Shown here in pieces: positions 1 through 9,243 of a stretch of DNA of 64,000 nt. Each line of letters opens with the position of its first letter. Position 1 is the first letter of the stretch. The notes beneath the pieces are model-generated. The model was not told the DNA's origin. It searched no databases and saw nothing but the letters and a program-made list of their open reading frames with translations. The position numbers and the translations under genes were made by a program. The stretch comes from Thermoplasmatota archaeon. GTDB taxonomy: Archaea > Thermoplasmatota > E2 > JACPAO01 > JAHFTW01. Location of the stretch: contig JBAZXE010000001.1 in assembly GCA_041659985.1 (NCBI GenBank), positions 703 to 64,702 of the forward strand, read 5' to 3'.

Positions 1-196
1 ATCCATTGGACGCGCTATCGTCGGCGCGGCAGAGGATAGCGCTCCTTCCCCGTGATTTCACAGATTGAGCCGACATCGGCCCCGATTTAGGGGACCGCCT
101 TGCAAGGTCGCCTCGTATTGCTGGCGGCCCAACACAAGCTGCCAACTTACGGGCCGCGGCCAAGTGCCACGAGCATTGGCTCTTGCGTCATCCAAC

Positions 197-315
197 GATT
201 CTGCGGAATCTGCGTTCAGCCTGGCGGCCGTGCCGAGGAACTAAATCTGCGCGATTTGCCGAATTGGGGAATCAGGCAAATCCGCCCCCATCCGGCGAAT
301 CAGATTTGGCGAATC
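197..315. repeat. Degenerate ~9-bp-period GATT/AATC palindromic repeat (family A)
   Basis: gattctgcg gaatctgcg ... aatctgcgc gatttgccg aattggggg aatcaggca aatccg; similar tracts recur in other intergenic gaps. Confidence 0.6.
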
Positions 316-979
316 AGGCGGCCATCGAGTTGATGGCGATGTGCCCGGTTTCGCCGCACTTGGGGCAGGCGCGGAAGTCCACGTCGCGCGGGCGGCCACC
401 GTAGACGCCGACGACGATGTCCTCCTTGCAGTTGCCGCACAGGTAGTTGATCTCGTGCAGGGAGCCAGCAGGCAGCGTGCGCTCGACGGGGGTGGTGCCG
501 GGCAGGGGCAACGCGGATTCGTCGCCGCACACTGGGCAGGTGAAGCCGACGCGGCGGCGGCTGAGGAACGACTCGCTGCCGAACTGGAAGACCGAGCTGC
601 AGTTGTCGCACTCCATCCAGGCGCGTTCCAGGGCCTTGATCTGGTTGATGTCCTCAAGTTGGCGCCGGCGGCTAACCAAGAGCAGGATGCCCCAAACGAG
701 GAGGCCTACGTAGGCCGGCAGGAGGAACCACTGGTAGTCCGAGCCGTTGAAGACCATGTCCCACACGGTGGCGGCCAGGACGGCGATGCCCAACACGAGG
801 ACGAGGACATACATGACGCGGCGGCGGCGCACGTTGGCGCGCAGCGCCCGGTAGCGGGCTATCTTTGCATCGCGTTCGGCTTGCGCCTGGGCCTGCTTCT
901 CGGCCTTCATGCGGCCCTTGCGCTCGCGCGGGGTCTCATCCGCGGGGGGTGCGGCGCCGACGACGACGTTCTGCGTCAC
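314..979 (-). CDS. Membrane protein with two TM helices and four C-terminal CxxC pairs (double zinc ribbon)
   Basis: CDNC, CPVC, CGNC, CPKC; GTG start overlaps the upstream stop (GTGA) with GAGGTG SD; alternative ATG at 910. Confidence 0.75.
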   Translation of the reverse strand: MTQNVVVGAAPPADETPRERKGRMKAEKQAQAQAERDAKIARYRALRANVRRRRVMYVLVLVLGIAVLAATVWDMVFNGSDYQWFLLPAYVGLLVWGILLLVSRRRQLEDINQIKALERAWMECDNCSSVFQFGSESFLSRRRVGFTCPVCGDESALPLPGTTPVERTLPAGSLHEINYLCGNCKEDIVVGVYGGRPRDVDFRACPKCGETGHIAINSMAA

Positions 980-2070
980 AGGGACCACCTCACGGCGAGG
1001 CCGATGATGCAAAGGACAAGAACCGCCAGGAACCCGCCAGCGGACATGCCGAGGTAGCCGAAGTCCGAGGTCAAGCAGTCGACTGCGTCGCTGCTGTCGT
1101 TGTCCGCGCATTTGTCCTCCGTCGTGGTCGAGCTGCTTGAGGAACTCCGGCTGGTGCTGCTGGATGTAGAACTGGACGAACTCGAGCTACTGGACGACGA
1201 GGAGGACGAGGAGGAATTGGTGCCGCCCACGGCCGGGTCTGTCGGGGCCGGGTCGTCCTTGTCGTTGGTGCCGTCGCCGTCCGTGTCGGCCTTCGTCGGA
1301 TCGGTGCCGAGAGCGCATTCCTGGCCGTTGGTGAGGCCGTCGCCGTCGGGGTCGCCGGTGGCATTGGCTGTAGAGTTTGTGGCGCCGAAGTACTGCAATT
1401 CGCAGGTGTTGTTGAGACCGTCGCCGTCGAGGTCGTCGGGGTCAGGCGTTGGACCGCCGCCGAAGACGTAGTCCGTTCCGGCCCCTTCGTTGGGGGCGCG
1501 ATCCGTGATTGTATCGGGAACCGTGCCCAACAAGGCCGCAGTCGTCGTGACGAATAGGTTGGTCGCCACGGCACCACTCGTCGGGTTTCCGATGGCTGAC
1601 TTGAGGACGTTCATGACGACGAGGCTGTCGCCGGCGATGGTTGCGGTGTTGGTGACCCCGCCCACGGCCACACCAGCCGAACCGATTGGGGCTGGCGCGC
1701 CGCTGTCCTGGCTTGCGATGGCATCGTAGGCCGTGCCTCCAATCTCAAAGTGGAAAGTGTACGTGGTCTTCGATGTCGTGGAGGCCGCTCCCGTCCCTTG
1801 AATTTGGATGTTGAAGTTCAGGCTGGTCGCCGTATCGGTGTCAATCCAGCCGAAGAGCAGGTCGGCGTTCAGGCCGACCGTGGTGCCGGCCGGAGGCTGC
1901 TGGGAGATGGGAACTTCCCCCGCCACGGACTGGTCGTTGGCGGGATCCGCGATTTCGGGCGCCGCCTGCGTGCCTGCGCTCACCGGCTGGACCAAACTCA
2001 TCGCGAAGGTGGCGAAAAGGAGCATCCAAAGCGACAGCCGGACGGCTGCGGTGCCCGACGGGCTTTGCAT
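976..2070 (-). CDS. Secreted, C-terminally anchored surface protein with thrombospondin type-3-like Ca-binding repeats and a Ser-rich linker
   Basis: Signal peptide, DLDGDG/DPDGDG/DTDGDG repeats, poly-Ser tract, C-terminal TM. Confidence 0.8.
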   Translation of the reverse strand: MQSPSGTAAVRLSLWMLLFATFAMSLVQPVSAGTQAAPEIADPANDQSVAGEVPISQQPPAGTTVGLNADLLFGWIDTDTATSLNFNIQIQGTGAASTTSKTTYTFHFEIGGTAYDAIASQDSGAPAPIGSAGVAVGGVTNTATIAGDSLVVMNVLKSAIGNPTSGAVATNLFVTTTAALLGTVPDTITDRAPNEGAGTDYVFGGGPTPDPDDLDGDGLNNTCELQYFGATNSTANATGDPDGDGLTNGQECALGTDPTKADTDGDGTNDKDDPAPTDPAVGGTNSSSSSSSSSSSSSSSSTSSSTSRSSSSSSTTTEDKCADNDSSDAVDCLTSDFGYLGMSAGGFLAVLVLCIIGLAVRWSL

Positions 2071-2133
2071 GTCCGTCCTGACCCCCCTGGCCGCTATGAA
2101 GGTTCTTATGCTTCTCCAGAGGGAGCCGCCTGG

Positions 2134-3003
2134 TCAGGCCGCAGATTTCCTGCGCCCGAACCAGCTCTTGCGGACTGAGGGTTTCGTGTCCTTGGCGCCG
2201 CGGACGGCGGCCTTGGTGTCGGCCTTGCGGACGCTGGCGCTGTCGGTCAGCTTGTCCTTGGGGTCCCACTCCTCGCCTTCGATGCGTTTGGCGGAGCCCT
2301 TGAGCGTCTTCGGCTGGTAGCCAAAGTGGGACCCGCAGTATTTGCTTCCCTCGCGCGCCGAGTTACGGCACTGCTTGCCCCCCTCGGTCAGGGCGGAGCA
2401 CTGCGGGCGGTAGCCGGCCTCAGCGGCGGCGGGCGTCAGGTTCTCCCCGTCCGGTCCGCTGCCTTTCTTCAGGAACGGCAGGCCCGTGCGTTCGTTGACG
2501 CCGACGTGGTAGCCCAACGGCTTGGCGCACATGGAGCCCGATTTCGGCTTCTTCTTGGCGAAGAAGTAGATGGTGCGCTTGCCGCCTTCGTTCTTGAGCT
2601 GGACGACCTTGTGGTAGAGGGTGTAGCCGTTGTAGATGAACGGGATGCCGGAGGACACGGGGCGCGCCGGGGCCGGAATGCGGCGCGGCGGGTTCTCGCG
2701 CAGGGCGCGGATGGGCGCCGGCGGGATGGGGCGGACCTCCTGGAACTCCATGGGCCGCGCCTCGACAGGGGCCGCAACCTCGCGAACGACTTCTTGCACG
2801 ACGACGCGCTCGCCGGCCGGCTCGTCGCGGCCCGTCATGAAAAACAGGATGAGCGCGATGACGACGAAGACGCCGAACGCGACGAGGAGGTACAGCGTCC
2901 AGTCCGAGTTGTTGCCGAAGTAGTCGTACAGGAGCATGCCCAACAAGGCAAGGTCGAAGAGGACCGTGAGGGCCAGCAGGGTTCGGAGGGTGGTTCGCTT
3001 CAT
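2134..3003 (-). CDS. Membrane-anchored protein with a basic domain and a CCCH zinc finger (DUF5763-like)
   Basis: Two N-terminal TMs, Pro-rich linker, YTLY...TIYFF...NERTGLPFLKK domain, QCSALTEGGKQCRN...YCGSH. Confidence 0.75.
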   Translation of the reverse strand: MKRTTLRTLLALTVLFDLALLGMLLYDYFGNNSDWTLYLLVAFGVFVVIALILFFMTGRDEPAGERVVVQEVVREVAAPVEARPMEFQEVRPIPPAPIRALRENPPRRIPAPARPVSSGIPFIYNGYTLYHKVVQLKNEGGKRTIYFFAKKKPKSGSMCAKPLGYHVGVNERTGLPFLKKGSGPDGENLTPAAAEAGYRPQCSALTEGGKQCRNSAREGSKYCGSHFGYQPKTLKGSAKRIEGEEWDPKDKLTDSASVRKADTKAAVRGAKDTKPSVRKSWFGRRKSAA

Positions 3004-3016
3004 GGGAGGGCCTTCA

Positions 3017-4129
3017 TCATTTCCGGGCGAGGGCGAAGAGGCAGAGGGTGGCGATGACGGCAAACATGGGGGCGCCGGCGTACAGCTCGACGCGCTTGTC
3101 GTCGGCATCGTGGTCGTGCCCGTCATTGACGAGTGGGGCGACATCCGAGCCGTCGTCGTGGCCGTCGCCATCAGTGTCGGCCTCGTTGGGGTCCGTTCCG
3201 GCAGCATGCTCGGCGGCGTTGGTTAAGCCGTCTGCGTCGGGATCGCCGGTGCCCGTTTGGGCCGTCGTGGAATTGAAGTGCGTCCGTTCCCAGCGGTCCG
3301 GCAGGCCATCCCGGTCCAGGTCGGTGGTGGCGTTCTCTGGGGCACCGGGCTTCAAGGGATCGAGGGGGAACGGGTCCTCCTTGTCGTTGAGGCCGTCGCC
3401 GTCGGTGTCGGCCTTCGTGGCGTTCGTGCCCTTTGCGAACTCGGCCGTGTTGTTGAGGCCGTCTCCGTCCGGGTCGCCGGTGCCGTTCTGCGCCGTGAGG
3501 TTGCCGAACTGCTGCAACTCCACGGTGTCGTTGAGGCCGTCGCCGTCGGAGTCGCCGGGGGTGCCCGTCGGTCCGCCGCTGCCAACCGAATAGGAGATGC
3601 CCGCGTCCGCGCCGTCGTCGGGGGCGGTGTCGGTTGCCGCAACCACCGCCTGAAGCGGGGGCGGCAAGCCGCCTTCCGCCTCGATGTGGCATCCGGTGAG
3701 TTCGGTGACCCCGGCGAGAACGGCCTTTGGCACGGTCAGAGTGATGACGCCGTCGGCAAGGACCGCTGCGGTCGAGGCGCCGCCCGGGGTCGGCTGGTCG
3801 GCCGAGGAGGTGGCGCTCGCCTCAACCTCGACGGCACCGGCGGTGCAATGGAAATTCCACGTATAGGGCCCCCCGGCCCCGTCCGTGCCAGCGCCCGAAA
3901 TCTGGATGTTGAAGAGCAGGCTCTCCCCCTCCTCGGCAATCCAACCCGCCACGACGTCGGCGCTGGTGAATCCGGCCTCGTTGACTGGTGCGACGAGGAC
4001 CTCCTGGTCGCCGGCGGCATCGGTGATCTCAGGGGCCTCCGGCGTCCCGGCCTGCGCGGCGGGCACCCACGCCGCGAGCGCGAGGGCCAACGCCAAGGCG
4101 GGGAACGCTGCGAAGGCGAGACGGGACAT
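3017..4129 (-). CDS. Secreted surface protein with TSP3-like repeats, paralog of 976-2070
   Basis: Signal peptide, AGTPEAPEITDAAGDQ matches AGTQAAPEIADPANDQ, multiple DxDGDG, C-terminal TM. Confidence 0.8.
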   Translation of the reverse strand: MSRLAFAAFPALALALALAAWVPAAQAGTPEAPEITDAAGDQEVLVAPVNEAGFTSADVVAGWIAEEGESLLFNIQISGAGTDGAGGPYTWNFHCTAGAVEVEASATSSADQPTPGGASTAAVLADGVITLTVPKAVLAGVTELTGCHIEAEGGLPPPLQAVVAATDTAPDDGADAGISYSVGSGGPTGTPGDSDGDGLNDTVELQQFGNLTAQNGTGDPDGDGLNNTAEFAKGTNATKADTDGDGLNDKEDPFPLDPLKPGAPENATTDLDRDGLPDRWERTHFNSTTAQTGTGDPDADGLTNAAEHAAGTDPNEADTDGDGHDDGSDVAPLVNDGHDHDADDKRVELYAGAPMFAVIATLCLFALARK

Positions 4130-4203
4130 AGACAAGGCCCAACCGGGGCTCTCCCTTGAAAGGCTTTCAGTGCACGCGCTGCCCCAGGTCCGACGCCGGT
4201 CAA

Positions 4204-5673
4204 CTACGCGGTCGCTTCGGTCTCGTTCTGCTCGTCGCCGAAGAGGCGGTCGACCATCCACGAGGCATCGAACGGCTTCAGGTCGGGGTAGTCTTGGCCA
4301 ACCCCGACGAAGATGAGGGGCTTGTTGATTGTGTAGGCGACGGAGAGCGCGGCGCCGCCCTTGGCATCGACGTCGACCTTGGTGAGGATGACGCCGCCGA
4401 TGTCGACGACCTCGTCGAACTTGCGCGCCTGTTCCACCGCGTCGTTGCCGGCCAGGGAGTCTCCGACGAAGACGACGAGGTCGGGGTTGGCGACGCGGCG
4501 AACTTTGTCCATCTCGTCCATGAGGCTGCGGTTGTTCTGCATCCGACCCGCAGTGTCGAGCAACACGACGTCCTTGTGGCGCGCCTTGGCGTGCTCGATG
4601 GCGTCGTAGGCGACCGCGGCGGGGTCGGCGCCGGCCTTGTGCTTGATGACGTTGACGCCGAGGCGCTCGCCATGCAGCGCCAACTGCTCGATGGCGCCGG
4701 CGCGGAACGTGTCCCCAGCGGCCATGCAGCACGTGATTCCCTGCTGCTTGAGGCGGTAGGCGATGCGGCCGATGCTGGTCGTCTTGCCGGTGCCGTTGAC
4801 TCCGACGAACATGACGACGATGGGGCGCTTCGGGCCGGCCAGCTTGTCGCGGATGAACTTGTCAAAGTCGAGCGGGTTGACCTGCAGGACGCGCTTGATG
4901 GCCGTGCGCAGGACGAGTTCGACGACGTCCTCGGGCTTCTTGCCGCCGACGTTGAGGGTGAGCAGTTGCTCCTTGACGTTGGCCTTGATGGCCTCGATGA
5001 CCGGGAGAGCGACGTCGGATTCCAGGAGGCCAATCTCGAGCTCCCACAGAATCTCGTCGAGGACGGCGTCGTTGATGGTGAACTTCGTGGCCATCGCCGC
5101 AGGGGCCGAGATTTCCACGACCTTCTCGACGTCCTTCTGGATGGCGACGGCCTCGCTGAGTTCACGGGCCAGACGGGCCTCAATCTCAGCGTCGGAGTGC
5201 ATTTTCCGGCCCGGTTGCGGCTTGGGCTGCGGCGCAGGCGCGGGCTTGGCGGGCGCGACGGGAGCGGGAGCCGGCACGGGCGGCGGCGCAGGCTTGGGGA
5301 CTTCGGGGACTGCGATGGGTGCGACAGCCGGTTCCGGCGTCCATTCAGGTTGAACGGTTGGCGACGGCTCGGACAAGGAAGGCACGGACGCCGCAGAATC
5401 TGCTTCTTGCTCCGCGGGCGCCGTTTCCGACATCGCCTCGGCAACGACGGCCGGCGCGGGTTCAGGCGGCGTGATGGGAGCGCTCGGAGCGGGCGGCGGC
5501 GTGGGGGCAACCGGCGCGGGCGCTGCAACGGGTGCCGGCGCGGCCGGCTTGCCTTTGGCCATCTCCTGCTGCAGCTCTTTCTCGAGCTGGTCGCCGAGCT
5601 GCTTTTCGACCTCGTCCTCGAGCTTCTTGCTGACGCCCTTCAGCTTGGCGCGCAGAGAGTCGAAGAGGCCCAC
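4204..5673 (-). CDS. ftsY: SRP receptor FtsY with long Pro/Ala-rich N-terminal linker
   Basis: GVNGTGKTT, DTFRAGA, DTAGR, TKVD, GVGQ motifs. Confidence 0.95.
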   Translation of the reverse strand: MGLFDSLRAKLKGVSKKLEDEVEKQLGDQLEKELQQEMAKGKPAAPAPVAAPAPVAPTPPPAPSAPITPPEPAPAVVAEAMSETAPAEQEADSAASVPSLSEPSPTVQPEWTPEPAVAPIAVPEVPKPAPPPVPAPAPVAPAKPAPAPQPKPQPGRKMHSDAEIEARLARELSEAVAIQKDVEKVVEISAPAAMATKFTINDAVLDEILWELEIGLLESDVALPVIEAIKANVKEQLLTLNVGGKKPEDVVELVLRTAIKRVLQVNPLDFDKFIRDKLAGPKRPIVVMFVGVNGTGKTTSIGRIAYRLKQQGITCCMAAGDTFRAGAIEQLALHGERLGVNVIKHKAGADPAAVAYDAIEHAKARHKDVVLLDTAGRMQNNRSLMDEMDKVRRVANPDLVVFVGDSLAGNDAVEQARKFDEVVDIGGVILTKVDVDAKGGAALSVAYTINKPLIFVGVGQDYPDLKPFDASWMVDRLFGDEQNETEATA

Positions 5674-5757
5674 GGCCCGCGCGATGTGGGCGTTCTACAA
5701 GAGGGTTGGCGACCCGGCCGATGGCGGAAGCATTCAATCTCTGAGTCGAACCCGGCA

Positions 5758-5808
5758 CCCGCCCGGCCATCTGCGGATGGCCGGCCGGTCCGCTCGCTGC
5801 CCTCGCTA
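5758..5808 (-). repeat. Palindromic mini-element (family B) downstream of tRNA-Gly
   Basis: Minus strand TAGCGAG-x-GCGAGCGGACCGG-hairpin-GCGGG, same layout as 57704-57755. Confidence 0.65.
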
Positions 5809-5882
5809 GCCCGGGTCCGATTCCCTGTCCCGCACGAGCAGCGCGCCGGACGCGCGCTCCGCGCGTCGGTGCGGGCGGTGAG

Positions 5883-5953
5883 TGCGGACACCGGGAATCG
5901 AACCCGGGCATGGAGCTTGGGAAGCTCCAGTCATACCATTAGACCATGTCCGC
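5883..5953 (-). tRNA. tRNA-Gly(CCC)
   Basis: GCGGACA acceptor, anticodon loop TTCCCAA, GGTTCGATTCC T-arm; no encoded CCA. Confidence 0.95.
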
Positions 5954-5957
5954 GAGG

Positions 5958-6422
5958 TCAGGGCTGCTGGAATTGGGAGAGGCGCTCGTTGATTTGGGCC
6001 GCGACGTTGGCCAACTGCTCGGCCTGGGCGCTGGCCTCTTGGAACTGGACCGTGATGGCCTTGACGCGCTCCTCGAGGGCGACTGCGACCTCGCCGGCCT
6101 TGTCCTCAGTGAAGTAGCCAGCACCCAGCGGCATGAGCACCGGTTGGGCGCCGTTTACGGTCGCCGCGACGTGCACGCCGGCGCCGAGGGGGAGCATGAT
6201 GTCCTGCGGACCGGTTGCGTCGGCCATTGCGCGCAAGGCTGCGGCGGCCTGCTGGGCCTCGACGAGCGCCCCTTCCAGCGTCGCAAGGCGGCGGTCGACG
6301 CGCTGCAGCTCACGCTGCACGAGGTCGAACTGGGCGGCGAGCTGGCGCGGGTCGTCGGCGGGTTCGTCGCCGTCGTGGCCGTGGACGTGGCCGGGCTGGC
6401 CGTGCGCGGGGTTCGCGGGCAC
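5958..6422 (-). CDS. pfdA: Prefoldin alpha subunit
   Basis: Coiled coils flanking MLPLGAG/LMPLGAGYF hairpins; conserved position after rpl18a. Confidence 0.9.
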   Translation of the reverse strand: MPANPAHGQPGHVHGHDGDEPADDPRQLAAQFDLVQRELQRVDRRLATLEGALVEAQQAAAALRAMADATGPQDIMLPLGAGVHVAATVNGAQPVLMPLGAGYFTEDKAGEVAVALEERVKAITVQFQEASAQAEQLANVAAQINERLSQFQQP

Positions 6423-6429
6423 GGAAGCC

Positions 6430-6711
6430 CTAGCGGTGGAGGCCGAGCTCGTGGCGGACGATGGCGTCCGTGACGTCGTCGCCGGAGATGGCCTTCGCGG
6501 TGCCGATGGCGACCTGGCGGCGGTTGACGCCGTGGCGCGAACCGAGGGTGGCGTAGACGCGGTCCTTGGCGCCGGCCTCGTTGGCGGCGGCGACCTGGAT
6601 GGTGAAGTGCTGGCGGACGCGGCCCATTTGGAAGTCGCCGTCGACCTGGAAGGCCTTGGTGGCCTTGGCGGGGGCGGACTTGGTGGCGGGCTTGGCGGTG
6701 GCGGTGGTCAT
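6430..6711 (-). CDS. rpl18a: 50S ribosomal protein L18a/LX (eL20)
   Basis: VYATLGSRHGVNRRQV motif; synteny. Confidence 0.9.
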   Translation of the reverse strand: MTTATAKPATKSAPAKATKAFQVDGDFQMGRVRQHFTIQVAAANEAGAKDRVYATLGSRHGVNRRQVAIGTAKAISGDDVTDAIVRHELGLHR

Positions 6712-6724
6712 GGGGAGTCTCTCC

Positions 6725-7402
6725 TTAGTCTAGGAATCCGAGGGCTTCGTCGATGCGTCCCAGCTCGATGCCAGTGGTGCGCGAGCCGGCCGCGACGCCG
6801 TTTTGGTTGGCGGCAATGCCGGCGCCCACCAGGCCGTGGCCGTGGTTGACGGTCCCGATGCGGGCTGGCGCATGCAGGGCTTTCTTGATAAACGCAAGTT
6901 CGGCGTCGCTGGCCAGCGGGTGGACAAGCACGCCCTTGTTGGTGGCGAAGCCGGCGGTGCCGACGGTGGGCAGGCCGGCGATGGTGGCACGCCCGACCTC
7001 GACGTTGAGGGCCTCCGCGATGGCGCTCACGGCCTTGTCCGGGAGTTCGGGGTGGACGACGGCGCCGTGGTCGTTGCACAACACGTTGTTGCCGGCGGCG
7101 TTGAGGCGGCTCTGCTCAAGGCGCGTGACCTTGAGGCCGCACTTCTCGAACACCGCGATTTCTTCGTCGGAGGCGAAGTCGGCGACGACGGCGCCGAACT
7201 TGTTGGCGGCGACGAGGGAGCCGATGAGCGGCGAACCGCCGATGCTGGCCTCGATGGCCTTGTGGCCGAGGGCGTCCTCGAGGTCCTTGACATTGATGGC
7301 CGTGATGCCCAGCGGCACGAAGAGGTGGGCGCTGGTGGCGCGGACGTAGACTCCGACGTTTGAGTTGCCGAAGGGGTCCAGACGCTTGAACACGGGATTC
7401 AC
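6725..7402 (-). CDS. eif6: Translation initiation factor 6 (aIF-6)
   Basis: NVGVY, GNNVLCND, GTVNHG, TTGIEL motifs. Confidence 0.95.
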   Translation of the reverse strand: MNPVFKRLDPFGNSNVGVYVRATSAHLFVPLGITAINVKDLEDALGHKAIEASIGGSPLIGSLVAANKFGAVVADFASDEEIAVFEKCGLKVTRLEQSRLNAAGNNVLCNDHGAVVHPELPDKAVSAIAEALNVEVGRATIAGLPTVGTAGFATNKGVLVHPLASDAELAFIKKALHAPARIGTVNHGHGLVGAGIAANQNGVAAGSRTTGIELGRIDEALGFLD

Positions 7403-7438
7403 CAGGGATGAAGGGATGAGGGAAGAGAGGCGAATTGC

Positions 7439-8110
7439 CTACTCCTTCTTGGCGGCCTTGGCCTTCTTCTCGTCGGCCTCGGCGTCCGCGGCGGCGGCCT
7501 CGAGGGCCGGCTGCGCCTTGACGTCAGCGACATCGGTTTCGCCGGCCAGGATGGCGTGGGCGTCGTCGATGTACTGCTTGGCCTTCTCGTCGGTGCCGCC
7601 GATGGCCTTGAGGACCTCGGCGACGTCGGCGTGGGCCAAGTCGCCCAGCGTCTTGATGCCGGCCGCCTCGAGTTTCTCGGCGGTGGCGGGGCCGACGCCC
7701 TTGACGTCGGTGACGGGGCGGTCAGAGCCCTCGTGCTGGTGGCCGCCTTCGCCCTCAACGGGTTCGGGGGCCTTCAGCACCGGGGCCTCGGCGGCCTTGG
7801 CGCGGCGCTCTTCGAGCGTGGTGCGGATGGAGCCGGTCGCGGTGCTCTCGGGGAGGGTGACCTCGACGACGCCGTCGTTGAAGCGGGTGGCACGCACGCG
7901 GATGCGGCTGGGGATGTGGTACTTCCCGTTCTGCCACAGCAGCTCGTTCACGGTGGAGTCGAGCCAGATGGTCTCGCTCTTCATGTGGCGGCTGAGGAAG
8001 CGCTTGACGTCGCGGATAGCCAAGTCGGCTCGGCGCGAGCGAACGAGGTCCTTCGTCTTGCGCAGGGGGATGGTGTAGATGCGCTCGAGTTCGGTGGTCT
8101 TGTCGGCCAT
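7439..8110 (-). CDS. rpl31e: 50S ribosomal protein L31e with C-terminal helix-hairpin-helix extension
   Basis: ERIYTIPL...RRAD..FLSRHMK; then VKGVGPATAEKLEAAGIKTLGDLA. Confidence 0.9.
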   Translation of the reverse strand: MADKTTELERIYTIPLRKTKDLVRSRRADLAIRDVKRFLSRHMKSETIWLDSTVNELLWQNGKYHIPSRIRVRATRFNDGVVEVTLPESTATGSIRTTLEERRAKAAEAPVLKAPEPVEGEGGHQHEGSDRPVTDVKGVGPATAEKLEAAGIKTLGDLAHADVAEVLKAIGGTDEKAKQYIDDAHAILAGETDVADVKAQPALEAAAADAEADEKKAKAAKKE

Positions 8111-8114
8111 ACAA

Positions 8115-8270
8115 TCACTCCTTCAGGTGGTTCTTGCGCCAGCTGCGGCGGTGCGGGTGCGAGGTGAAGCGCTGGCTAGTCCGGATCATGATCCAGGCCG
8201 GCACACGGCGATTGCTCTTTTCCGCGCGCATAAGGCGGAGTTTCTTTCCGAGGGGCTTCTTGCTGGCCAT
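8115..8270 (-). CDS. rpl39e: 50S ribosomal protein L39e (51 aa, below ORF-track cutoff)
   Basis: Hand translation MASKKPLGKKLRLMRAEKSNRRVPAWIMIRTSQRFTSHPHRRSWRKNHLKE. Confidence 0.95.
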   Translation of the reverse strand: MASKKPLGKKLRLMRAEKSNRRVPAWIMIRTSQRFTSHPHRRSWRKNHLKE

Positions 8271-8321
8271 GTCATTCCCACCGATTGGGGTCCGCTTGAG
8301 GGGAGAGGTTGGGGAGAAGGG

Positions 8322-8675
8322 TCACTTGCGGGTGATTTTGATGTCGCGCCCTTCGGACGGGACCTGGGCCAAGATGGTCCTGAGGTCGGCGTCCGTGAGG
8401 CGCCGCTGCAGCCGTCCCTGCTGGGCGAGGGACACCAGTTGCCTGGTGACGGCCTCGGCCAATTCGGGCCGGCTCATGCGGATGCGCGTGAGGCGCTCTC
8501 GCGCCTCGGAATCCAGGATCTGCTGCAGCATCCGGTCCATGGCCGCCTGCTCTTGGGCTGCGGCCTGGGCGGATGCCTGGGCCTGCGCGTCGGGATCCTG
8601 GTCCGATGCGAGTGCCCGTTCTCGGGCTTGGAGTTCCCTTAGGCGCTTCTGTCGAAGCGCCTCCAGGTCGTCCAT
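8322..8675 (-). CDS. PDCD5-family DNA-binding protein
   Basis: LEALRQKRLRELQ, ILDSEARERLTRIRM; synteny. Confidence 0.9.
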   Translation of the reverse strand: MDDLEALRQKRLRELQARERALASDQDPDAQAQASAQAAAQEQAAMDRMLQQILDSEARERLTRIRMSRPELAEAVTRQLVSLAQQGRLQRRLTDADLRTILAQVPSEGRDIKITRK

Positions 8676-8687
8676 GCCCGTCCTTCC

Positions 8688-9140
8688 CTAGTACTTCGCC
8701 AGGGCCGGGATGTCCTTCTGGACGCCAGCGCGCACGGCGTGCGCGGCGTTGTCCATGAGGCCGCGTCCCTTGGCGGTCACGATGCGGCCCTTGGCCTGGA
8801 CGGTTTGCACGAGACCAGCGGCCTCGAGCTGCTGCAAGGCTTCGCGGGCGATGCTGCCCGAGCCCTTGGCGGCCTTGTTCGGGCGGTTGCCGCGGTCGCG
8901 GAAGCCGCCGAAATGGGCGCGCAGGGTCTCGGTGCCGACGGGTCCGTCCATGTACACCTTGCGCAGGATGGCGGCGACACGGGTCTGCCACCAGTCTTCC
9001 TGCACCGGGGGCTTCTCGACGTGGACGCCAGTCTTGGCGAACTCCGACCACTCGGGAGCTTGAACTTCTTTGATCTCAAGCAACCGCCTGGCGGCTTCGT
9101 CGATCAGCTTGGTTGCGGGGACGTCATAGACGGTAGTCAT
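8688..9140 (-). CDS. rps19e: 30S ribosomal protein S19e
   Basis: MTTVYDVP, PEWSEFAKTG, GSGSIAREALQQLE. Confidence 0.95.
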   Translation of the reverse strand: MTTVYDVPATKLIDEAARRLLEIKEVQAPEWSEFAKTGVHVEKPPVQEDWWQTRVAAILRKVYMDGPVGTETLRAHFGGFRDRGNRPNKAAKGSGSIAREALQQLEAAGLVQTVQAKGRIVTAKGRGLMDNAAHAVRAGVQKDIPALAKY

Positions 9141-9243
9141 CGTCAGTCTCCAGGGACGCAAGACGCGCCGAAGAGGGGGGGGTATAAACCCGTTTGCTCG
9201 CCGGGACAGGAGGGGACAGAAGGGCGCGGAGCCGGTAGCCGGT

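Noticed and set aside
1125..1215. Tandem trinucleotide-like repeat
   Set aside because: It simply encodes the poly-Ser linker of the surface protein, with mixed codons.
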